A stretch of 64,000 bases of DNA from Calditrichia bacterium (GTDB taxonomy: Bacteria; Calditrichota; Calditrichia; JAJRVZ01): contig CAWCNS010000009.1 in assembly GCA_963796965.1 (NCBI GenBank), positions 608,001 to 672,000 on the forward strand. The letters are read 5' to 3'. The notes below the pieces were generated by a model, which had not been told where the DNA came from, did not search any database, and saw only the letters and a program-made list of their open reading frames with translations. Position numbers and translations under genes: made by a program. Position 1 is the first letter of the stretch. Every line of letters begins with the position of its first letter. This document shows positions 22,544-34,282 of the stretch, piece by piece.

Positions 22544-25500
22544 ATGAAAGTTTTTAAATACTCACTGGTATTTTTCTTATCAATACTATCGAGTCTCTCA
22601 GGTCAAACATCTCAGAATGTAAATTTAATTGGTAGATGGGGGCATGGTTCCTGCCAGGCGGTATATGCGGATAGTATTCATGCCTTTATAGGTAATGGTG
22701 TTAGCTTTCAGATTCTTGATATGACTGATCCAGAATCACCCCAGGTATTGGGAGAAGTAGTTCTTCCAGAAGCAATCAAAAAGATTATCATCAGGGATAA
22801 CTTTGCCTATGTGCTAACGGGACAATCTGGGGTACGCGTTGTTGATATTTCTAATTATTATACACCAACTGAAATCACTTTTTATAAACTGCAAACCTAT
22901 ATTGAAGATCTGGCCATTGGTGGTAATTGTGCATATGTAACTGCCGGTGATTCCGGATTACGGATTATTGATATTTCTAATCCCCTATCTATAAATGAAA
23001 TAAGTGATATTTATCCATCCGGAAGAGCCAGATTTGTTGATGTTGATGAAAACTTTGCTTATGTAAGCATCGAATGGTCTCTCCGTGTTATCGATATATC
23101 TGATCCGTATAATCCAAGTGAAGTTGGGCATATTGATACCTGGGCATATAGAATGGATATTTCAGGAGATTATGCTTATGTAACCAGCGGTTCATTTTCT
23201 GACCTGCACATAATTGACATATCTGATCCATCAAATCCAAATCAGATAAGTTCTGTAAATACGCCAAGCTGGGCAAATAACGTAACTGTACACGGACAAT
23301 ACGCCTATATTGCGAATGGTGATTCTGGGATACGTGTAATAAATATATCTGATCCTGAAAATCCCCAAACCGTAGCATTTTATCATACACCCGATCACGC
23401 CCTGGATGTAGCAATATCCGGAAGATATGCCTATGTTGCTAATCGTGCTTCAGGTTTAAGAATAATTGAGGTAATAAATCCAACTCCTGTTGGAGCCGTA
23501 GGTCCCTTATATTATCCTCAGGATGTGACGGTGAGAGAGATTTATGCCTATGTGGCAGATCATTTGGATGGATTGATAATCTTTGATATATCTAATCCGG
23601 CATCTCCAAATCAAATAGGCTCAACATTAACACGAGAACGCGCCCTGGGTATCACACTTGGTGAAAACCGTGCCTATCTTGCCTGTGGTGATTCAGGCCT
23701 GACGATCGTTGACATCACAAATCCGGCTAATCCAAATGTCCTTGGGGGAAAAAACACACCCGGAGATGCTGTTAACGTAGCAGTCGACGGAAATTGGGCA
23801 TATGTGGCAGATCGGGGGGCCGGATTGCGTATTATAGATATTTCCAATCCTGCTAATCCGATCGAGGTTGGTTTTTTTCTTACAACAGTCGGTGTATACA
23901 GTATCGCTGTTAGAGAAAATATTGCCTACGCTGTCGACGAAATTACTGGCTTGCACATACTGGATATTTCAGATCGCTCAGATCCTGTGGAACTTGGCTC
24001 GTATAATAGTGCGGGGGACTCATATGATATCGTCGTTCACGGGGATATTGCCTATCTGGCAGATTATTATGCTTTATGTGTTATTGATATCTCCGATCCT
24101 GCCCATCCTAACCAAATTGCCTATATACCTGTGGCTGACGAGTTAACTGATATTGCTATCGAGGGTGCTTATCTCTTTGGAGGTGGATCTGATTTGTTTG
24201 TATTTGATATCACAAATCCAGAAAGACCTCAACAAGTTGCTACTTATTCCCGTGGCTCAGCGGGCATTGCTGCTCAAGGGAATTACGCCTATATGGTGAG
24301 TGGTATCGGGGGATTCGAAATCATTGATCTAATCAATCCTGTTGAGGCTGGTATTCATCACGCAGCGCACGAAGCCAATGGCATTGTAATAAATGAGAAT
24401 TATGCCTATGTCTCGGAGGGATATTCAGGTATGCACATTCTGGATATAAGTGATCCATCCAATCCTGTTGAGATTAGTTATTTAGATACACCCGGAGGTG
24501 TTCAGGAAATAGTATTACAAGGAAATTATGCCTATGTAGCGGATAACACTTCTTTTCGTACTGTCAATATCTCTGATCCTCTAAATCCGGTTGAATCAGG
24601 CTTTGTGTCGGTCTATGCAAATGCATTGGCTCTATCAGGAAATTACGCTTATACATCCAGCGGTCCTATCGAGATTATTGATATTACCAATCCGGCTAGC
24701 CCTATAAATGTTGGTACCTATACTACGCCTTCCACTACCCAGGATATTGAAATACAGGATACATACGCCTATTTAGCCTGTGCTTCTGCGGGCTTACGTA
24801 TTTTAAATCTTTCTAATCCAACTAATCCAGTCGAAACAGGTTATAATACGACAGCGAATAATGCCTACGGTGTACTGTAAGAGGAAACTATGCCTATATA
24901 GCAGATTTCGATGTACTTCGCATCTTTAACGTTTCCGACCCTTCCAATCCTATAGAAACAGGTGCGCTAGAAGTAAGTTGTAAACAAGTCGTTATCAGCG
25001 GTGACTATGCCTGTGTATCCCATGATTATAATTTTGATTTTCAAATTATCGACGTCTCTGATCCGGAAAATCCACAAGTGGTCGGACAGTTTGACGAGGG
25101 ATATGGGGCCCGAGGAATATCCATTGCTGGCTCTAATGTATATCTTACCCATGGACCGGAAGGTGTCTATGTTCTTCGGGAAACTATTCCGCCATTTTCT
25201 GCCCTTAATTTAACTGCCGGAGGGAGTTCACCCAGCCCCTGGCAAAACAATCCCACTTTTTTGCTCAATTGGCAAAATCCGGGTGATATGAGTGGTATCA
25301 ATCAAGCGAAATATAAAATTGGTACTCAACCACCTTCCAGCAACAATGATTTTGCTGCATACTTGCCTGGTACTTCACCCCAGTCAATTACAGTTTCTCA
25401 GGAAGCCAATCAATCTCTCTATCTTTGGCTGGTCGATAATGCAGACAATGAAAATTATCAAAATATAAATACTGTTGGTATTCGGTATGATGCATCTATT

Positions 25501-28500
25501 TCCCCCCCCACAAATTTTTTTGAGAGTCATGGCGTTGTATCCGATACCTGGCAGAACAGTACCCGTAATCCGACATTTTCATGGACAGCCCCAACAGATT
25601 TATCCGGCATTGATAAATATTATCTATATTTCGGATCCAATCCGGGCGGTAGTGTACCAACCGACTCTACCAGCAATATATCTTTCAGTTTTTCAGGCTC
25701 GGAAGGAACCTCCTATTTTCGGATTCAAATGAAAGATAATGCAGGGAATATCAGCGCCTGGACTACGGCGTTTATCTTTAAATATGATAATACGGTTCCT
25801 GTTAATCCTTTACAAGCAACAGAAGTTGGCGGAGCAAGTTCTGATGTCTGGCAAGCGGATGTTGCCGATCCCAATTTTACATGGAGTGGCACTTCAGACA
25901 TTCTCTCCGGAATCGCAAAATACTGGATCTATATGGGGCCAGATTTGGATGGAGAACCGTTTATTGAAAGTACAACCCCTACATTCAATCCGGGTCCGTT
26001 TACAAATGGTACATATTATTTGCGTGTGATGGTGGAGGACGCGGCTGGTAATCTCTCACCCCCTAAAACTCTATTTATCTTTAAACATGATGCCATACCC
26101 CCAGAGAATCCAACAGATTTTAGTGATATTGTCGGCTCTGAAAATAATATTTGGCAAAATACGGTCAATGATCCGAATTTCTCTTGGAATCCCGGGAATG
26201 ATCCACTCTCAGGAATTCAAGCTTATCAATACTATTGGGGGAAAGATCCCAATGGGATATCTGATAATATGGTGATGTCTCCCAGTTATAATCCCGCACC
26301 GGCCGATACGGGTAGTTGGTATCTTCGGATTAGTACAATCGACAGAGTATCCAATGCTTCGGCCTGGATCACTGCTTATATCTTCAAATATGATAATATC
26401 GCCCCCCATGTTATTGCTGCCTCTAATGATACCAGTGGATATCTTAGCTTTACTGTCAGCTGGGTAAATGGAACTGACCAGGGTGGATCAGGAATAGAGT
26501 ACTATCATATACGCCTCAAAGAAAATGAAGGAGAATGGGTAGACTGGCAAGTTAATACATCCAATATAAGTGCCCTTTATACCGGAGAGCACGGTCAAAC
26601 CTATCATTTTGAAGCGACAGCCATTGATAAAGCCGGTAATGTTGAAAGTTTTTCAAACCTGACTGAAACATCAACCTATATAGATACGCTGACAACAGAT
26701 ATGATTGCTCCGGGTAAACCCATTAATCTGCTCTCAAAAGGTAGCGATCCCAGTCTTTGGCAGAATTTTCCCCAATTTGAATTGAATTGGACGAATCCGT
26801 TTGATGAAAATGGTATTGCCCACGGCTATTATAAACTGGATAGTCCTTCTAGCTCAACCAATGACTATGATGGTTCTGTTGGTGGCACTCCACCTCAAAC
26901 AGTTGTTATTAATAAAGAGGGCGGTCAAAATGTATATCTATGGTTGGAAGATGGACGAGGGAATGTAGATTATCATAACTACGATTTTATTGAATGTCGC
27001 TATGACTCAACGCTACCACGCGGCGCTCAGGCCAGTTCAGCCGATACAAGTGTCACCGCCTCCTTTCTGGTTAGTTGGTCAGGAGCCACTGATGAGGGCG
27101 GGTCGGGGATCTCTGGTCGTTATGATATAAAAGTGCGTGATAATCAGAGTGCCTGGTCCTATTGGCTGCAAGACAGTCTTTGTACGAATGCCTATTATCT
27201 GGGTGAACAAGGTCATACCTATTATTTCGAAGCAGCTGCACGGGATGATGCCAAAAATATTGAAGTTTTTACCCGTCAACCCGAATGTTCTACCTATATC
27301 GGAACCCGCTTGGCCATTTCCCTTTCATCCCTGTCAGGAGAACAATCCGACGATGTCTCATTCAATTACACCATTTATAATTTTGAAAACAATCTTACCA
27401 GCTTAGCATGTGAATACTATTCCCTTTCTGATAATGCCTGGCAATCAGCGACCATGACAGGGAATGTTACAGATATTCAGCCTCAGGATTATAGCGGTAC
27501 CCTGGTTTGGGATTCATATACAGATCTGCCCGGTCTTGATTGTGAGAACATGCGTTTTAAAGTAACACCATTGGATTCAAAAGGGAATGGACTTGCCGAC
27601 TCCACCTACTTTTTTCATCTGGATAATAACCGTATCCCCTCTGTGCACTTAGATCCCCTCATAGGCGAGAGAAAAAATGATATTACTGTTTCCTATTACT
27701 TAAAGGACATGGAAAATGATACGATATCGCTCGTATGTGAATATTACAACCCGCTCAGCCAGTACTGGTTTCAAGCCACTACTACAGGGAATCTATCTGA
27801 TATATTAAACTATGATGGTACTATCACATGGAAATCATACACAGACCTACCTGGTACAGCAGATTCAATCAAATTCCGGATCCAGCCATCTGATACTGAT
27901 CCGGGTACAGCCGACACAATTATAATAAATCTGGATAATGTGGGCGCGCCCGATGTCTTATCGATCAGCCAGTTGGATCAGGAACAGAGCGGGAATATTG
28001 ATATTAAATATGTCCTCGCCGATGACCAGGGCGATAGGGTCAATCTGATTTGCCAATATTCAGATAATTCTGGTAGTCAATGGAATCTGGCCTCTGTCTC
28101 AGGTACCACAGCAAATATTTCACAGTCTGACTACACAGGTTCGATCATATGGCAATCAAATAACGATCTGCCCGGTGTGGATAAAACAACGGTTCGATTT
28201 AAAATTACCCCAAACGATGGTCATGCCGGAACAGCATTAGCCACCAATGATTTTCATCTGGACAATAATCTTCCCCCTTCTATACAGATTGGTCCAATAA
28301 ATTCACCGCTGTCTGCTAACATTGACCTGCCCATTTCGATCCAGGATTTGGAACAAGACACAATATATATAATGGGTAAGTATTCAAAAAAAAACGGGAT
28401 CTGGAAAAAAATGAAGTTTACAGAGTTACCCCTGCAAAATAAAAATAATTATACGGATACGCTCTACTGGCAAAGCCTGCATGATTTGGGATACGGAAAA

Positions 28501-29647
28501 CATGAAACGATCCAGATCAATCTATACCCTGCTGATAATGATACGGGAATTAGTGTTCAATCAAATTCATTTAATGTATATAATAAAGCCGGCGACTATA
28601 CAGGCGATTTTAATATTAACTCAGATGACCTTCCAGCTTTTGCTTTGGCCTGGAGACAGCAGGATCTCAGCAAAGAAATCGGACCTTCGGATCCCGCTAC
28701 TACTCCAATCCCGTATCTGATACCCCAACCCGATGGAAAGATAGACTTTGAAGATCTGATGGTATTAGTGCAACAATGGAATTTTTCCTATAAATATCCC
28801 AATTATTTCAAAGTTAGTAATAACCAAAGATCCAAAAAGGCCCAGGCTAAAATAAATTTACAAATGGATCAAAAAACCACCCTCTTGTTAAATGAACCTA
28901 TTTTTATTCCAGAAAGAAATGAATCTGTTAGTCTTAAAAGTTCTCATTTAGTCCACCTCATACAATCAGATTATGATCAATGGGCTAATAAACTCGGCAA
29001 TGAGCTTAGTATTAAACTTGATTCATCAGTCTCTATACTTGGCCTGCAAATTGAAATTCAGTATGATGCCGGCTCCTTTTCTTTTACTGGCCTGGAAAAT
29101 AAATTTCTCAAGGAGCAAAACGGCCTTACCTTTGAAATTAATGACACAAAAGAGGGGTTTTATTGTCTAAATACCTTTGTATTAGATGAAAAAAAACCCA
29201 ACCATTTATCCGGAGAACTTTTACGATTCAAAATTGAAGCCTCAAAGGAGGCTACCTCTTCTATATCCTACCAATGGAAGATATACGCGAGTGATGGACG
29301 CATTCTTTCAGAGGGTGTAGACATGTTTGATATAGATGTGCATCCAACAAAACCAACCCATTATGCCTTATATCAAAACTATCCCAATCCCTTTAATCCG
29401 GCAACAACAATACGCTATCAATTACCTGTTGATGGAAAGGTGCGCTTGGATATTTTCAATATTCTTGGAGAACGCGTCACAGAGATCGTCAATCAAAATC
29501 AACCCGCCGGTTATTATAATCAAATCTGGGATATTTCGGAGAATTCTCGAACGGTAGCCAGTGGAATTTATTTTGTGAGACTTCTCATTTCAGGTAAGGA
29601 TGGTTCGCGATATGCAAATCACAAAAAGTCTGATTTTGTTAAAATAG
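22544..29647 (+). CDS. Giant secreted LVIVD-repeat protein B (~2370 aa), paralog of A; frameshifts near 24873 and 29629
   Basis: Start MKVFKYSLVFF after GGGAG; LVIVD repeats; the 25078 frame is open back to about 24874; GDYTGDFNINSDDL..QPDGKIDFEDL; LYQNYPNPFNPATTIRYQLP; corrected end HKK-LILLK* at 29647. Confidence 0.88.
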
Positions 29648-29929
29648 TAGAGATCATAATGGAATGTTAAAAACTCCGAGGCCTTTGTGAAAAGAAAGAT
29701 GTAGGCCACCTTTAAGATGGTCTACATCTATTCCATATTCCACCTAAAACAGATTAATCAATTTTTAATTAGACTCTCCTTCAAGTTTGATTTTATTATC
29801 TTTCTTTTTAGATTACCATTATATATTCCATATGCTAATTTTTATTATATTATTTATAAACCCATACGTCGCCTTATTGAATCATTCGATGCATGGATTG
29901 GTTCCCCAGAATTTTTATGGAGCGAAAAC

Positions 29930-31383
29930 ATGATTAGCCAAAAATTCATACAAAAATTGATATATCTAATTTTGAATGGAATCATCGCCCCGCTACTTTT
30001 TTTATTTTTGAATGGCTGCGAAATTAAAGAAGAAAATGCACAAAGATTACCAAACATCATTTTTATCCTGGTTGATGATATGCGTTGGGATCAACTGGGC
30101 TCAACAGGCCATCCTTTTGCTAAAACGCCCAACATTGATCGAATCGGCAAAGAAGGTGTCACCTTCAACAATGCCTTTGTCTGCACACCGCTCTGTTCTC
30201 CCAGCCGGGCCAGTTTTCTCACAGGACAATTCCCTCATAAACACCGAATAATTAACAATGATCGCAACGGCTTATCCTTTATCAGTCATAAGTTAGTTAC
30301 TTTTCCACAATTATTACGTCGGGTTGGATATAAAACCGCCTTTATTGGCAAGTGGCATATGGGTGATGATGATTCCCGTCGTCCCGGGTTTGATCATTGG
30401 ATTAGTTTTCGTGCTCAGGGAATTTTTATTGATCCGGTTGTAAATACCAATGGTCAACGGAGTCAATATACGGGTTATATGACCGATTTATTAAACCAGT
30501 GGTCTGTTGATTTTCTCAATCAAAAACATGATAAACCTTTTCTTTTGTATCTTTCTCACAAAGCCGTTCATGCCCCGTTTATACCTGCAGACCGACACAA
30601 AAACCAATATACCGATCACTCCTATCTGCCACCAACAAAGAGCATCGATGATCTTAAGGGTAAACCTGCAATAAACCGTAAACTGCCCCCGGTTGATGTT
30701 CTCCAAATTCCAGGGGCTACACCGGAACCCGCTGAACCCCGATATGGACGTGGATCAGCTGAAGAACGATATCTATTTGGATCATCATCGCTGTCTCAGT
30801 TCTGTTGATGATGGTATCGGAATGTTATTTGATGTACTGGAACAGAATGGTAAATTGGATAATACCTTGATAATATTTGCCAGTGATAATGGTTTTCTAT
30901 TCGGAGAACATGGGTTGTTCATGAATAAACGAGTGCCATATGAAGAGTCACTTCGGATTCCTCTGCTTATGCGTTATCCAAAATTGATAAGGCCGGGAAG
31001 TAAAAGTGAACAAATGGTCTTAAATATTGATATTGCACCGACTTTATATGAGCTGGCTGGTGTTAATGCTCCGATTCCTATTCATGGGAAATCACTTGTT
31101 CCGGTCTGGCAGGATCCATCTCTCAAACTCAGATCTGAATTTTTAGCGGAATACTATATTGAAAAAATCACACCTCTCTACGCCACCTGGCAGGCTGTCA
31201 GGTCAGCTCAAATGGAAATATATCCGCTATCCAGAACTACCAGATATGGATGAGCTTTATAATCTTGAAAACGACCCCGGGGAATTGAAGAACCTCTTCC
31301 ATTCTCCAAAACATCAATCCAGGATAGGGCAAATGCAGTCGAAGCTAAGGCAATTGTTAGAAAATTCTCAGGGTGTTTATTAA
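29930..31383 (+). CDS. Sulfatase (Cys-type, formylglycine dependent), probable lipoprotein; frameshifts near 30755 and 31207
   Basis: PNIIFILVDD, CSPSRASFLTG (CxPxR), GKWH, SDNGFLFGEHG, PYEESLRIP, ELYNLENDPGE; lipobox-like LNGC. Confidence 0.9.
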
Positions 31384-31527
31384 AAATTGTATATTATAGT
31401 TCATGTCAAAAAACAAAATCAAGATGTATCACGATGTGACACGAAGATTAATACAGATTTTCTATTATAAAGTAATCGAACCAACAATAAACCAGCTAAT
31501 GTCATCCAATTCCGGGAGATAAATTCA

Positions 31528-32773
31528 ATGAGATCCAAAAAAATAAATCAAACAAATGAATCAAGAACCACACGCCGACATTTTATTAAAATTGGTAGTA
31601 CGGCGGTGGCTGGAATTGCATTGGCAGGTAACAGGTTATTTCCAGCAGACACCTCCCCCAAAAAGATTCGCATCGGGATTGTAGGGGGAAGATTCGGAGC
31701 CAGTTTTCAATGGCACGAGCATCCCGACTGCATTGTAGAAGCGGTGAGTGATTTGCGGCCTGAGCGCCGAAAGCATCTAATGGAAACCTATAATTGCAGT
31801 AAATCTTATCCAAGTCTGGAGGAATTGGTTAAGGATAAAAATATTGATGCTGTAGGTGTCTTCACTGAGGGACCAAATCATGCCAAACATGTGATCGAAT
31901 GTATAAAACATGGCAAACATGTGATTTCCGCGGTTCCTGCTTGCGCAGGTGGTGGCGTGGAAGAAGCTGAAGAAATGTTTGATGTTGTAATAAAAAGCGG
32001 TCTAACTTATATGATGGCCGAAACCAGTTATTACCAACAATTTACAATTTCTGCCCGTAAGTTTTATCAACAAAAAAAGTATGGGAATCTATATTACTGT
32101 GAATCGGAATATCAGCATTCTGGACTTGAGGTGCTCTTTTTTGAAGACGGTAAACGCACATGGCGACATGGCTTTCCTCCCATGCTCTACCCTACACATT
32201 GTACTGCTCATTTGATTAGTGTCAGTGGTGAACGTTTAACCGAAGTTGTTTGTCATGGATGGGGTGACGACAATGAAATATTAAAGGATAATGTTTATAA
32301 TAATCCCTTCTGGAATGAGTCGGCGATGTTTAAAACTAATCGAGGCAATGCCTTTCGGGTAAATATCTGGTGGAAGGGCGCTCACCGCGGTGGTGAACGG
32401 GCGGAGTGGATTGGCGATAAAATGAGTTTTTATGCCTATCATCCAAATGGTCTTGGACCGGTGATTGTCCGACCAGATAATGACCGGATGGAAAAGGATG
32501 ATGCCGGATTTGAACGCTTTCTTCCCGCATTAGAAAATTATAAACAACCGGAATGGTGGAAAACGGATCTATTGCCCGAACCATTAAGACATAACTCCGG
32601 TCACCACGGATCCCATACTTTTCTGACGAACGAGTTTATTGATGCCCTTGTTCATGACAGACGGCCAACTATTGATATAAATGAAGTTATGGCTTATACA
32701 GTTCCGGGAATCATTGCTCATGAATCAGTCTTTGCAGGGCGGGGTATATATGCAGATCCCTCAATTAAGCTAA
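31528..32773 (+). CDS. Gfo/Idh/MocA family oxidoreductase with Tat signal; frameshift near 32729 hides the stop
   Basis: TRRHFIK; IRIGIVGG; GKHVISAVP; YMMAET; GHHGSH. Removing one base gives HESALQGGVYMQIPQLS* ending at 32773. Confidence 0.82.
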
Positions 32774-32874
32774 TTACAAAAAATTTATCTCACGCAGAGC
32801 CGCAGCGATTTATAAGAATAAGGATTTCAAATTTTCTAATAATTAAAATGTACTGGATATCTTTAGGATTCGAT

Positions 32875-34128
32875 ATGAGAACAATTTTAGTCCTCACTCC
32901 ATGTATCATTCAATATAGAATTAATTATATTAAAAAAATCATTTCTATACATTCGCCCGCCATTTGGCCAACCATCAATTCTTTTGTTATAGCAGCCTTC
33001 TTTCTATTGCCAATGGTGGCATGTAATCAGCAAAATTCCGTTGAAGATAACTTTAATAACGAACTTTATCATCTAAAGAACCTGCAAAGCCGGGCGGCAT
33101 CAGCGGAAAATCCAACAGCTGAACCTGGTAAGGGTGGTATGACGGCCAATGGATTAAAGGGATCACCGGCCATTAAAGATTTTAAACACGGCACTACCGA
33201 AATTCTGCTGGATCAAATAGGACCGGGAAAGATTCGACATATTTGGTGTACATCAAAGCCACGCAAACCAGAACATTTGAGAAACCTGATCCTTAGAATG
33301 TACTGGGAAGGTAGCAAAATCCCAAGTGTTGAGGTACCACTTAGCGATTTTTTTGGTGTTGCCCATGGTGCACCTGTGCCGATGTATTCAGCAATGGTTG
33401 CAACTCAGGAAGGTAGAGGATTTAACTGCTATTTTCCTATGCCCTTTTCAGATGCAGCTTTAATCACCATCTCAAATGATTCGGATACAGATCTAGATTA
33501 TTTTTTCTATCAGATTGATTTTACACTCGGTGATCCTGTAAGTAAGGAGGATGGACGATTTCATGCCTCATTTCGACGCGAAAATCCAACTATTTTAGGC
33601 CAGGATTTTACTCTTCTTGATACGGAAGGTGCCCGTGGTATTTACCTTGGTGCCGTGATTGGTGTCCGGTCCCTGTCCGAAGGTTGGTGGGGTGAAGGTG
33701 AGGTAAAAATATTTATTGATGATGATAAAAAATATCCAACGATCTGTGGTACAGGTCTTGAGGATTATATTGGTTCGGCATGGGGATTAGATGTTCATAA
33801 TACACCTTATCAGGGCGCCCCTTTAGTGCATGGCAATTTCTTTTCTATATACCGTTTTCACGTACCCGATCCAATCTATTTTCAAAATCGTATAAAGATT
33901 ACCGTTCAACAAATGGGTAGTACCCATAAAAAAAATGTCCTACCCATATACGGTGATAAATTGATATTTAGCTCTAAGAATCATCCACGACGGGATCCGG
34001 AAGATGGTTATTACCTGCGTTCCGATGACGTCTGTGCTGTTGCCTATTGGTACCAATGGCCATTGATACAAAAAAGAAAACCTCTTCCAGATAAGGAAAG
34101 GCGAAGAGCTAATTTGATAGGAGATTAG
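32875..34128 (+). CDS. DUF2961 / GH172 family glycoside hydrolase (start uncertain)
   Basis: GPGKIRHIW, LRMYWEG..PSVEVPLSDFFG, FNCYFPMPF, WWGEGE, GTGLEDY, RSDDVCAVAYWYQ; lipoprotein-like MVAC. Confidence 0.85.
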   Translation: MRTILVLTPCIIQYRINYIKKIISIHSPAIWPTINSFVIAAFFLLPMVACNQQNSVEDNFNNELYHLKNLQSRAASAENPTAEPGKGGMTANGLKGSPAIKDFKHGTTEILLDQIGPGKIRHIWCTSKPRKPEHLRNLILRMYWEGSKIPSVEVPLSDFFGVAHGAPVPMYSAMVATQEGRGFNCYFPMPFSDAALITISNDSDTDLDYFFYQIDFTLGDPVSKEDGRFHASFRRENPTILGQDFTLLDTEGARGIYLGAVIGVRSLSEGWWGEGEVKIFIDDDKKYPTICGTGLEDYIGSAWGLDVHNTPYQGAPLVHGNFFSIYRFHVPDPIYFQNRIKITVQQMGSTHKKNVLPIYGDKLIFSSKNHPRRDPEDGYYLRSDDVCAVAYWYQWPLIQKRKPLPDKERRRANLIGD

Positions 34129-34282
34129 TACTTCCTATGATTTTGTATAATTTAAAATTGTTTTTTATCTTTGTGTACTTTGTGTTTTCTTTGAGCTCTT
34201 TGTGTTTATTTTTTCCTTATGACTTTCTGAGGGAATTTATTTTTAAGGTGAACTAATGCGTATTATAAATGTGGAGATTACA

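Noticed and set aside
16505..25200. Recurrent GATATTTC/TGATCC motifs as a possible CRISPR or DNA repeat array
   Set aside because: They are degenerate codons of LVIVD protein repeats, not identical repeats with unique spacers. No cas genes are present.
16505..29647. Diversity-generating retroelement or phase-variation cassette between paralogs A and B
   Set aside because: No reverse transcriptase or recombinase gene, and no near-identical template/variable repeat pair with adenine-specific differences was seen.
29717..29929. Long N-terminal extension of the sulfatase (similar cases at 22460, 7752, 55472 and 47875)
   Set aside because: AT-rich or repeat-derived sequence; better starts with an RBS, signal peptide or gene overlap lie downstream.
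31528..34128. 866-aa oxidoreductase-GH172 fusion in the ORF track
   Set aside because: One extra base near 32729 hides a natural stop at 32773. The linker reads like intergenic DNA, contains a repeat arm, and is followed by a second signal-like peptide.
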